Below, piece after piece: positions 36,968 to 49,498 of a stretch of 64,000 nt of DNA. Source of the stretch: Magallana gigas (lineage: Eukaryota); the NCBI RefSeq assembly GCF_963853765.1, contig NC_088861.1, positions 40,548,001-40,612,000 of the forward strand. Reading direction: 5' to 3'. The notes below the pieces were generated by a model. That model saw nothing but the letters and a program-made list of their open reading frames with translations, did not search any database and was not told where the DNA came from. The translations under genes were made by a program, and so were the position numbers. The number at the start of each line of letters is the position of its first letter. Positions within the stretch are counted from its first letter, which is position 1.

Positions 36968-39426
36968 ATGCCAAACAAGAAATCGTATTGACGCAAGCGT
37001 CAAATGGGCCGCAGAAAATATAATTGTTGTATGAATCATTGGTTGTTTTCATAAAAACACACGACAAAGAAGAAGATATGAGTTTGTTGTACTAGTTTTT
37101 ATGATAAATTTTAATATACATTCTGCAACTTGTTTTGAAGTTTAACATTTTACTATTATCATAAAGAATCGAGTTCGTTACTGTAAGCATTTCTAACGGT
37201 AGTGTATGATCATTGCCATTGTATGAAGTAATTAAGAACACATTGATTTGTACATTACTCTTATACAAAGTTTACAAAGTTCAACTCATCATTTTTCTCT
37301 TGGAAATTATGTATTTCAACCCATTTTTGGTTTTTTTTGTTGTATTGTATTGAATAAAAACTTAATGGATTAGTTTATATGATTTCAAGGGACCATATGA
37401 AAAAATAGAAATGGATTAGTTCAAATTTTCCAGTCAATTAAATTTTCATTTCTATCATATTTTTGCGTAAATAATTGTTGTGATGACATTTCATGATATT
37501 TTTCTACCAAATTTTACATGGAAATATAATAAATACACACACAAAGTCATTTTATTTGACAAGGCACATAGAAATTCAAATATATCATTTATATAAAATT
37601 TCATGTAATTTAGGTCTTGAATATTTCAGGTCTTTAGTATGCCCCGTTTATCGATCCCGATACATTATTTTGAAAAGAATGAAGAACTCCGAAATTTCCG
37701 ATTAGATTATAGTCTCGATAAAAACGCGCCAAACACGACAATCTACTAAGTATGACCCTACTTTTCATTTACTAGTAAAAAAAAAATTATGTAATATTTT
37801 TTAAAAGGCATAAAACATATTTCTACAAGTAAATTTAAATTTAATTCATAAAAATAAGCATAATATTAATTCTATTAAAAAGGGCTATCCCGCAGAAACG
37901 CAGTAGCAATATTTAAATGTATATCAAATAACGGACCGCCTTCCGGCGGCCCGTAATGAGACATAAATACCATAAACACAAATGTTTTTATGTCTCTGAT
38001 GCCAAACAGGGTATCGGTGTTTTACAAACACATGATACTGTCCGTATTTATTAATATAAACTTAGAATATATAATCGTCAAGAAAATGGACTTGTTGAGT
38101 CGATAGCCCAACTGGCCTAAACATTATAAACCGGGGCATGCGGTCGTCCAGTATGTAAATTTACATGTATAGCTAAGTGATTTAATCGCAATATTTGTCC
38201 GTACTGTCCTTAGTGTGAATGATATCAAATATATGTTTACACACGGCTAATTGTATCGTAGGGTTAATGACAAGAAGGCCCATGGCTTGTACAGACATTT
38301 TCTTTAACTTCAAATCTTCTCCCGCACCTATTCCCGATATATTGTTATTAATCAAGTGAGAACTTCTTGCCAATTTAAATAATGATACACGGTACTACTA
38401 TACATATGCGCACAGGATAACCAAATAATATTACGTTTTACTCTCAGCCTTGAACCCGTACCTTATTACATGATCAATGAATATACTAATATTATCCGGG
38501 GTACGATTTCACCGCGTGTATAGTGGTCTAGGGCACAGATGTCTGACATTGTAATATTAATTTTAGAAATATGATAAATTTCTGTACTACAATAATATTT
38601 TAAAATTATTTTAGTACAGAGAATTATCTCATTATCGCAAGAAATATTTTAAACATCATCCAGCTGCTTGTGCTTCCCTCTCCCGTATGCTCTCGAGAAA
38701 AAATAAAGCTGATTTCTAGTGGTGTTTAGCATTTTATAAAAATAACATGAAGTTTGATGACAAAAAACGTAAAACTGTATTATAACGAACACATCAAACA
38801 AATAATTCACAGTACTAAAATATCTTAGATTTTTCTCTCAATCATGTATCATCTCTACATTCACATAAACTAAATGTTTCTAATAGATTTCTATTGAAAA
38901 AGACAGCAAGTGCATCATTTAAATCAACCTCATTGATATCAGGATTATTTATTACTTTCTGCATCAATACCATCGTTGTTCACGACTCATTCTGGCAGAG
39001 TGAAACATCGTGCCCGATGAAAATAAAATCGTATAATCGATAATTTAATTTACAAACAAATTCTGTTGCGCGAGCGCGCGGAGGCGCCGAATACAGTTAG
39101 CCAATACATTAACTTTTTGCGTAACCATTCAATACTATTTCATTGCAAGTATATATTTTGATGCAAACTATCCATGACTTGAATCCGCCAAAGCGTGTCT
39201 ACCAAATCACTCTTATTTTTGCTATTTCGAACTTGTTTATCAATGGGGAAAGTAGGTTTTTGATTAATTTCACAATAATACCTTATCAATTATTATTCAA
39301 TTATATCTTAAGGATATCATCACGCATGTGGTGAAATACCAAAAGTGTAAGCAAGTACTCTGGTGCAGGCATTTTGTAGTTTATTTAAGAAATAAAGTAC
39401 GAGTTTTCGTGAATGTTGCAGAATAA

Positions 39427-41251
39427 TGTCACCCGGGATTTTCTTTGCTTATCTGGTGACAACTGAAATAATGACCAAGGCTTCTTTAATAAAGTTTACG
39501 TCGTTTATTCTTGAGTGTCCAGCAAAAAGTCATAAGTTATTATAAGACATATAAAAATATAAGTAGTAAAACAATGAGTCTTTGCACTGAAAACAATATG
39601 CAACAAAATCTTAAAGTTAAAAATTTACTGACCACATCAATTAGAACCTATGATTCACATGTGCACATAATATCAAATGACAATAGATGTTTCAATACAC
39701 TAAACAATCACTACAAAAATGGGGGAAATTAACTTAAATGGAGAACTCGCTTGACCATGATGAGGTACACTATTTATGAAGACCAAAGCTAGGGTGTTTT
39801 GACAAACATTTGTTAAGTACCAATCAACATGAACAAATAAGCAATCTAGATCCTTAATAATGAGAATAATTATCTGTTGGAGCCTTGGAATGGGACTAAG
39901 GGAATAGAAAACCTATCTATGCACATAACACCTAGAAGTATACGAGTTTCAGTAGTCAAAGACATAAGTGCACATGTACCTGACTATAAAAACAAACAAA
40001 ACTAGAACGATTGCTACAAAAATGCTAAAACATAGTATTAAAAGACATATCAACACTTACACATTGTTCTGGGAACAATTGGTCAATGCAAATAATTGAA
40101 AAACACATATTTCGAGGAAAATATCCTGTCAGCGTACAACTCTCAATTTGTGCGGAAACATAAACAAGTTATATAAACTCTAAACCGGTCACGTGACAAT
40201 ATCCGGAATGTGAAATAGCAATTTTAAAAATGTTGAGTAATTTAGCTTTCTGAATCTCAAAAAGACACAAGAGTTGTAATTGAATAATAATCAATATCCT
40301 ATCCTTGAATTATCATTTTAAATGATTAGTTAGTTAATTTAAGACTTATCACGCCATGCGCGTTTTTCCGGAAATAAAATTAACAAAGAAAATAAATCAA
40401 GATTTTAACTTACTAATTTTGAAATTAACAGAATGAAATAGATTTACCGAATCAAAAGTAATTTTGTTAATGATAGTTAAAATGAATCGTTGAATGCATT
40501 TTAACAAAGACCTTATTAACATTTTGTGACAAATTAAGCAACCTGAATAAACAATGTACATTCATGCTTTCTATGAAAATATTGTACAAAGTGCATGGAA
40601 CAAAATAAACAGAAATAAATCAAAATATAAAATTGTAAGTTGCATATTTATAAATGGTATACATAAAAATAAAAATATAGTTTCCTACCTGAAATAATGA
40701 CCAAGGCTTCTTTAATAAAGTTTACGTCGTTTATTCTTGAGTGTCCAGCAAAAAGTGACGCGCTGGGCACTGGATACAAAAATCAGCCTGGTCGAGGTAG
40801 GGTTCAACAAGGGGTAATTATCAAAACAACAAAAACATATACAGATACATATACCCAAATTACCTATCGGGGGCCTCTCACAGAAAAGATACCTAAAAGA
40901 GCAGGTCTAACAAAGAAACTTAATCCGATGACCTGACACTAATTGAGTCAAGAGGACATCAAAAGAATTTGTTAATCGCATTGCGTGGCTTCGCGTAAAG
41001 GCTATTTGTTGATAAATAAAATGGAATTTAACGTGCAATCAAAATGTGTGAATATGTACCTAACTTCTTAACTTTTTGGCTTTAAGCTAAAATACGTGTT
41101 TATCATTATTCTGCGATAAAGAAAGGATTAACTTAGGAATTTTCTTGACGATGTTAGATTGAAATTGCTAATTTTAAGATAGAATAAATAATTTATTTTT
41201 ATATCAAATTTATTATAAAATATAGAAGAGGGTCGATTAGACCTGATGATA
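39427..41251 (-). repeat. 3' LTR (1825 bp)
   Basis: About 15 differences from 50913-52738 by manual comparison (~99% identity). Preceded on the minus strand by PPT AGGAGGGA (41254-41261) plus TT. Confidence 0.95.
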
Positions 41252-41662
41252 AATCCCTCCTGGTTCGAAAAATAGGGATGTAAAAAAAAAATAATGAGAG
41301 GTGGGTAATGTAATCACATATAAAAAAAATAAATTCTAAGCTAAAGGACTATAACATTGAAAAATAAATTGCATTTAATGTATATGTACAGAGGTAGGTA
41401 TGAAATGACAAAGTATGAATACATGGGGGGGGGGGGGTGAAACAAAAAAAAAGAAAAACATAGGCTTTGTACTCACTTAGGAAGTGGACGACCAAGTGAC
41501 ATGATACAGAACATGGGAGTACAAAAATATATATTGTGGACAAAATACATGACATTAGTTAATATAAACCAAGCATATTTGGTACAATAACATGGTATTC
41601 TTGCACACTCCTTTCACACAAAGTAAGCTCTGCAATTCCAGATCTAATGCAGTGAATAAAAT

Positions 41663-44126
41663 TTACTGTAGTAAACGAAAATATTGGTGGTGGGATAATA
41701 AAAAGTAAACTGTATATGGTTGAGCTAACAAATTTCGCAGTCTGTGAGCCTTATGTGGTGAAATGAGAATGGTGGTGGGAATGTTGATGCGTTTGTTTGT
41801 ATGGGTATTTTCAATAATGAAGTTGGGTGCATCTAATGAGAGGTTTGCCCAAATAAGGTATGTTCTGCGTATGTTGATGTGTTGGATGTCTTGTGGAGGT
41901 TGAATGTTCCAGTTGTCTGGACAGAGTGGGAGTGTTAGTAGTGGGATTAGGATGCAATCAGTTCCAGAAGTGAGTTCCATGTGAAGTGTAGTTTTGTGTG
42001 TTTGTTTGAATTTGTTCCATAGCCTGTGTGCATAGAAACAGATAAGTAAAGTAGTGAAAGCTGAAAGTGTAACATATGGCCATGGTGTCGTGAATGAAGT
42101 GTAGATGTTTTGAAGGATAGGTGATGGTGAGTCAGTGTTTGGACCATTATTGTAATAGGATATGAGGTTAGGATGTGGGGTAGGGAAGGCTGAAGTTGGG
42201 TTAGGAATGTGGGTTACAGCAAGAATAGTTGTTAATTTTTTAATTTTGAAGAAAGACCAAATACAGTATAGCATGCAACGTGTTGTTAACGCAGAAGCTA
42301 CCATAGCAATTGTACCACTAGTATCAGGAAAAGAATCAACAGTGAAGTCAATTTGACCTGCTAACATGGATTCAGCCAAAGATTGAAATACAGTTTCATC
42401 TTTCTTAGCTAGTTTTGCCATTTTATTTAAACTTAAATGATGTTTCTGATCTGCAGCCAAATACTGAGAAAATGAATGATTAAAAATTTTGAATTTAGGA
42501 ATTTTTAGATCAAGATATTGTTGGAATGTTGTATCGCCAAAGATTGTTGAATGAAATTTTGGATCAAAGAATTCTTGGATAAGAGCAGGGTTGACAGGGT
42601 GTAGCACAGTTATGGAATTAGAGATGTTTTGACATTGACCAATTCTAGGGGGTAGATATAAATCTCCTGAAGTAACTGAACACAAACATGGTAAATGCAT
42701 TACACAAAATTGGCAACCTTTAATTATTCTTTGACCTGTTGAGCAATCGAGGGCGAGCATTGAAGTTTGATAAAAAAGGATACTAGAGGGAGATAATTCA
42801 ATAATTGATGGTTTTATCTTGTTTGGAAAAAATCTGAAATCACATAATTTGTATATAAAAGATTTTTTGTTGTAAAATAATGATGACATGCAGGTTGATG
42901 AGGCAGAGGAAGTAAGTGCGAAGTGAAAAGGGCAAAATTTGATTGATGAACCTTTGCAGTTTGCAATTTGATTTGAAGTAACATGTGTGAAGTGTTGGTT
43001 ATCATGTGTGTGCAAAGTAAGTTGGGACATCTGCAAGTTGTGTGGCATGTGAAGTTGATGAATTGATGGGTACAGGAAATGAGTAGACTCTGTACAACAG
43101 AAGTGGTTGCTTATATGGAGAGATTGGGATTTTTAAAGTCAAAAATAATGTAGAATGGGTCCTAGCGTACAAAAAATCACCAAATGAAAAATAATACAGG
43201 GGGTCTTTATGAATAATATTAAATTTGGGATATTTTTGGTCGATTATGTTTTGAATTTGATTTAAAGATGATTTAATAACATGCGGGGTAAGCAAAAAGG
43301 GAGATAACTTGCCTTTTATCAATTCATGAATGCTAATTTTGATGTGTTCTTATGCAAGGTTTAAAGTAGCTGTAGCATTTGTTTGTTTCAAAATTAACTG
43401 TTCTAAAAGAGCAAACTCATTTTCCACAGAATCTACAGAACGATGAAGTAGGTCAGTGAGGGCAACTGTGTCATCATGATTTTTTTTAATTGCACCCATA
43501 ACATTGTTAAATCGAGCATCAACAGTAGAAATGAAAGAAGATAAATGTTTTTCTTGAACAGCCATAGCGTTAGCAATTTTAACATTGTTACGATTAAGGA
43601 GTTGCATATGACGCTGTAAAGTATCAATATCGTCTGAAGTAGCAGTGCCAAAAAGAGATTTGGAGATTTGGCCGACAAAGTCAAATATTGCACGCTTAGA
43701 TCTGGAAGAGCCAATGAATTGATTTCGATGGGGGATTTGGGATTGGGGTATAAGGGTGTGGATTTCACGGACAGTGGAATTGACACTTGCCATTGTTTGG
43801 GTTCTTAAAGTATTAAGTGTTTTAATAATATGTTTGCTGTACTTGCACTGTGGGGCGTTGTTACAGTACAGTTCTCGGTTTAAGTAAACCGCTTTCGGTA
43901 GTGGGATCTGGAATGTGTGGGCCCAATATTCCTGTCCCAGGTAAAGTTGATGGGTTGGTTCAAAGAGGACTCCATAATTCAGTCGTTGGACTGCAGCAGC
44001 ATCACCGGTGGACACAAAACAAAGGAGAGACAAAAGACTCATGATGAGGAAGACGTTGGATAGTCCAGGAGTACCTTTGGGAAGGAAGCAAGATTCAGGA
44101 TTATGTTCTGTACACTTTGTTAGCAC
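41663..44126 (-). pseudogene. env: env-like class I fusion glycoprotein (baculovirus-F/errantivirus type)
   Basis: Signal peptide (LIMSLLSLLCFVSTGDAAA), furin site RSKR then fusion-peptide-like AIFDFVGQISKSLFGTAT, heptad region, Cys-rich ectodomain, two hydrophobic segments. In-frame TAA at 43350-43352 and a 2-bp loss in a (CA)n run near 43005. Confidence 0.88.
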
Positions 44127-44265
44127 TTATAGGTAACATGTTTATGGCATGAGATACATATAAAAATACTAACAATGGTCCATAACGAGTGGCTCAGGGA
44201 GCAGAGATAGAAATAGGATTATAGGAAATGTTAGGTAAAGAGTCTTGGACTAGTCGATGTCAAAT

Positions 44266-47200
44266 CTACTTGTTGAAGCAAGTCAGCCTTTTGTTCTTCT
44301 TTCGGGAAGTCCCTTTTTGTGTCTTGGTGATGTGAAACTTGCGTACCATAGAAGGAGGAAGAGTTTCCTCAGGTTCCCATGTTCGTTCCGCGTGTCCGAG
44401 CCATTTTACTCGGAACAGTTTCTTGCCTTTGTGAAATTTGTATCGGAGGAGTTTCTCCACAAAGAAGGTTTCACTCGAGTCATTGGGTTGGATGGGGTTG
44501 GGTGTGTCTGCAGTTGGCATTGTGGGGGTAGGGGTTGATTTGGCATTTAAAGTTAGATCCTCATCGAGTGCTGGATTTGGTTGAGACAAAGTTGGCTCTG
44601 ACCGTGCATCTAAAGTTAGATTTTCATCCAATGTATTTGGTTGAGACAAAGTTGGCTCAATCATGGTTGGGGTTGTCCGGGATCTGCATCTTCAGGGGGC
44701 AGATGGTTATCAATGATGGGTTCAGTGGGGGGTGGGGGGTCGAGACTTGGTGGGTCATCTGGGTTTTCATACCTTTTAAGCCTGTTGCATGAATGAAGGA
44801 TTTTAGCTCTTTGTGGTTGGAGCATCTTCGCAATTTGTATGTGTTGTTAGGCCCAATAGCTGTTATGTAGAATGGGCCATCCCAAGGATTGTGAAGTTTG
44901 GGAGATAGACCTACTGGTACTTTTGTAGAATGGAGAAGTACGGACTGTCCAACACGAAAGTCTGGCACATCTGTAGATTTCTTGTCATACTGTTGCTTTT
45001 GCTTGATTTGTGCTTGTTTTATGTTCTCTTTCGCTATATCCTTAACGATTTTCAAGTGGGACATAAGATCAGTCACATGAGATTTTGCATCTTTATTGAG
45101 ACCATTTCTTGGAATGAGTGAGGTATCGAAGGGAAGATTCATTTCCTTTCCAAAGACAAGATGGTAAGGGGAAAAGTTTGAAGCTTGTGTACATGGGCTC
45201 ATCCTTATGGCCATCATGACTCCTGGTAATAGCTTACACCAATTGGTTTGTGTTGAGTTGACATAAGTTCTCAGACATTGGGCGATTGTGCTATTCATTC
45301 TCTCACAAGTTGAATTGGTTTGAGGATGATAGGAGCTAGTAAAGTGTCTCGTTACTTGGAAAATTTCACAAACAGCTGTGACAAGTTTACTAAGAAAGTT
45401 TTGTCCTCTATCGCTGACAATAACTTTTGGGGCACCATATCTAGCAAAGATTTCAGAAAACAGAACATTAGCAATTTCTTTTGAGTCTTGTGTTTTTAAG
45501 GGAAAGGCCTCAGGAAATTTGCTAAATGAGTCGACAATTAACAATATGTACTTGTACCCTTCATTTGAAGTTGTAAGTGGACCAAGAATGTCCATGTGAA
45601 GGCGAACGAAAGTGTCCTCTACAGGCATATTGACTAAAGGGGCTCTATGAGGATTTGTGCTTTTCTTAGAATGTTGACAAGAATCGCAAGTACGAATGTA
45701 ATCTGCTACATTTTGGGCCAGAAATACTTCAACTGGATTGCTCTTTAAGTTCTATCCAAACCAAGATGGGCTCCTCCCGCAATGCTGTCATGGTATGAAC
45801 GAAGGACGTCATCCCGTAGACATCGTGGGACAGCTAGTTGTTTCAGGACGGGTTGTACTTGAGAAACTTTCTTAGAACGGGGCTCATAGAAATGAAAGAG
45901 AGAGCCATCTAACAAGACAAAGTGATTACTTTCTGAAATTAATTTATCTCTTTCCAGTTTTGTAGAAGGTACTGTGCCATTCGACAAATATGCGTACATT
46001 GCTGCAAAGTCTGGGCATTCACTTTGTAACTGTCCGACATCATCAACAGTAGATATGGGACATACATGAGGTGTGTCTGACATCAGAACTTGTTGCTTTT
46101 CATTTTTGTAGAAGAATGTGACTTGATTATGTTCTTGAGAAGTGCAGAGATAGAAGTGCTCGGGATTACATCCTCTGGGTCAGGTGCATTTGCTGGTTGG
46201 TCAGGGTAAGTGCGTCTTGAAAGTGCATTAGCAACCTCATTTTCTTTCCCTTTTTATGAACGACTTGAAAGTTGTAACTTTGAAGGAGAATGGACCAACG
46301 AGCTAAGCGACCTGTGTCATGTTTGACAGATTGTAGCCACTTAAGAGCAGAGTGATCAGTGAAGACTATAAAGGGTTTGTCAGCAAGATACACATGATAA
46401 GTTTTGATACCCTCAATAATAGCTAAACATTCTCGCTCTGATATAGTGTAATTTCGTTCAAATTTGTTAAGGGAGCGACCGCCGAAAGCTATGACCCTTT
46501 CAACACCATTGTCATCAAACTGTCCGAGAATGAAACCTAGTGCTGTACCTGAAGCATCAGTAGTAAGAACAAAAGGTTTTGAATTGTCAGGATAAGCTAA
46601 GACAGGTGGGGATGTTAGAGCTGTTTTTAATTGGTCAAAAGCAGCTTGACATTCTTCAGACCATTTGAACTTAACATCTTTCCGCAGCAGAGCAGTAAGG
46701 GGGCTAATGAGAGAGCTATAACCCTGGATAAACTTCCGATAATAATTGCAAACGCGGGGGTGTTAAGGAAGCATATGGGCAATTTGCCGTCTTATTTTGA
46801 CTGTTGTATTCAAAATCGTGAAATTAAATAATTGTTTTGAATAAGATCAAAAACTTAGTATTATCCTTTAAAATAGATGTCAGTGCAATAAATTCGGGTA
46901 GTACATCACTGCCACATTGGTGCATTATCACGTGACAACTATAAATAGCTTACGTATATTCCTTAACATAAAATGAGATAGAACAACACTACCGCGCGGT
47001 TTCTAAAATAAAATAAACATACCAAGCGAAGGCAAAACATCTCCGTTTAATCAAAACCGCTGCTAGAATCCTATGTATTTCCTTATTAAAAAGTTATTCA
47101 TCAGGTTCTCGTAAAACCTTCCCAACATTTATAAAGTTTGCACGGAAAACGGCAAATTGCATTAAAACAACACACAACATGGGATTCTAGCAGCACTTTT

Positions 47201-49498
47201 TAATTTAAGCATTGATCAAACTAACGATACGTATAAAATTTCAAGTTCAATAAACACGGGGTAGTGTTGTTCTAGTCGGATTTTTATATCGTAAACAACG
47301 ACAGAGGAAAGCCTGGCCGAGAAATAAAAGCAAATTTACATACCTTTTAGCGAATGATTGATGAAACTAACATCTACCCCAGTATTCTTATGTTCAATTC
47401 TCAATAAATCACACCACAATACTTATTAGAGTTCTTAGATTAGTTATATTTTGAATTTGTTTACAATGCTTTCCGATCAAATTCACACGGCATTCAACTT
47501 TTAGTCATGACGTCATCAATGTGTAAATCTACGTAATACAAACTAATTTCTGGCGAAAATTGTCTTCAGTAATTTTTATTTGTTTTTGGTCTACGTTTCG
47601 TTGCTTATATATTTGAATATGTACATAATAACTAAGATTTGTGATTTCACGGAATTACATGTAACTCAGATTCCATATGCTTCCTTAACACCCCCGCGAA
47701 GACCAAGGAATGACCGAACATCTTTGGTAGACTTAGGGGTTGGGAAAGTTTTCACTGCATCTGTTTTTGCAACATCAGCTTTCACTCCAGTTTTTGTAAT
47801 AACATGACCCAAATAGTGGACTTCCTTTAGGGCAAAGGAACATTTACTTGGTTTCAAAGTAAGTCCTGCAGATTCGAGGCGAGTAAAAATGTCATGAAGA
47901 TGTTGTATGTGTTGTTGAAAGGAATTTGAGAAGACTAATATGTCGTCAACATACACAAGACAAGTTTTCCAATTAAGACCTTTAAGGACTTGGGTCATGA
48001 GAGCTTGGAAACTAGCTGGGGCATTAACAAGACCAAAAGGCATTCTTTTCCACTGATATATTCCTGTGGGGGTCACAAAGGCTGACTTATGAGCAGTTTC
48101 AGGGTCCATAGGAATCTGCCAGAAGCCTGATGCAAGATCTAAAGTAGAGAAAATATTGGCTTTAGAAATGCCGATAGTATCAAAGACATCTTCAAGTCTG
48201 GGGAGAGGAAAGGTGTGTTGTTTTGTTACAGCATTGAGTTTCCTGTAGTCAACAGCAAAACGAAGTTGTCCGTTCTTTTTCTTGACCATAACTACAGGGC
48301 TCTGCCACATGGAAGTTGATTCCTCTATAATGTCTGCATCTAACATTTCCTCCAGTTGTCGGTTTGTTTCTGCATTTACCTGTGGGGATTGGCGGTAAAA
48401 ACGCTGACGGATTGGATGAGCATCACCTGTTTCAATTCTGTGTGGCTGAAGAGAACACTTACCCAATTCTTTGAGATCTGATGCAAAGACTGACCTATGA
48501 TTTTGGAGAAAAGCATGGAGAATTTGTTTTTGATCACCTGTTAAGTCCGAAGAGGATAGGTCAAAGGAGATAGGTTCCTTAATGTCCTGCTTTTCTGAAA
48601 GGGGTTTGGCACTAGTGGGGGTGTCAAGAGATGCTACCATGTTTGAATTGATACAACAAGCTGATGCAACACATGTATCTGCTGAAAGAGTAACAGGGTC
48701 ATCGGTTGGGTTGATGATCTGAATAAAATGAGTGTCATTGTTGATTGTGTCTATCAAGCATTTAGCACCAACAAGTCCAAGTTCTGGTAAGTCTGGTGAT
48801 GGTTCAAGGAGAACTGATTGGTCATTGGGGAGGTTTGAAATGAACACCTCTACAGATGTGATTGACTTTGGATTGATTTTGATAGAATGGGACACACGGG
48901 CAATACCTGTGTTAATTTGAAGGGAAAGGACTTGCTCTGAAATGGGGTCTTTGAGAGAAAGAGTGTTTTGATTAACATCTAAGACAGCTTTGTTGAGTGT
49001 TAGAAAATCTAGTCCTAGAATGATGGGATGTTGAAATTTTTCAAAAAATTGGAAAGTGTGAGAAATAATACAATTTTCAAAAGAGACAGGTAGGGACAAA
49101 GCACCAAGACTGTGGTGTTTCTCACCACCAACAGCGACAGCATCAGTTGCATCCATCGACTGTAGCTCGTTCCTATCTATACCTAATCTAGCCAAGACAG
49201 ACGCAGCTACACAAGAGATACTTGCACCCGTGTCGACCAATGCTCTTATGGGATGTCCTTAGATTTCAATGCTAACAGTATTTTTCATAATAGGCATGAT
49301 CAAATTGACATTGCTGAATGATTTCTTACGTTTTGATTTGGTTTTGGGTTTCGGGGTAGGTTTTTGGTTAGATCTTGGAGGATGGTTAGGTTTGGAATCA
49401 TTAGAATTGATATACGAAGCATGCTTAGTATGAGCTGTTAGCAGGGATGAGTCATTGTTAGCTTGGTGCCTATCCTCAAGAAGGATAGGCGCGTGCCC
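44266..49498 (-). pseudogene. pol: pol: protease, RT, RNase H, integrase, C-terminal chromodomain
   Basis: LVDTGAS; DYRKLN, DLASGFWQI, MPFGL.NAP, YVDD; TDAS..ERECLAI..TDH; HDS..GAHLG..CDSC, DILGP..SDRGQNF..ERMN, GPF; FFVEKLL..FRVKWLGHAERTWEPEETL. Stops at 49259-49261 and 45745-45747, frameshifts, and a 946-bp insertion. Confidence 0.97.
46753..47698. mobile_element. Non-autonomous DNA transposon with 26-bp perfect TIR and 2-bp (AA) TSD inserted in pol
   Basis: CGCGGGGGTGTTAAGGAAGCATATGG at both ends, inverted. Removing it and one AA restores SFLGL-CNYYRKF. Confidence 0.92.

Noticed and set aside
39531-40688. Higher LTR-LTR divergence in the inserted block (~14 differences) than in the U3-side 495 bp (1 difference)
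   Set aside because: The counts are too small to exclude chance.
40697-40936. 79-aa ORF repeated at 52184-52423
   Set aside because: It lies inside both LTRs, antisense to the element, with no recognisable motif.
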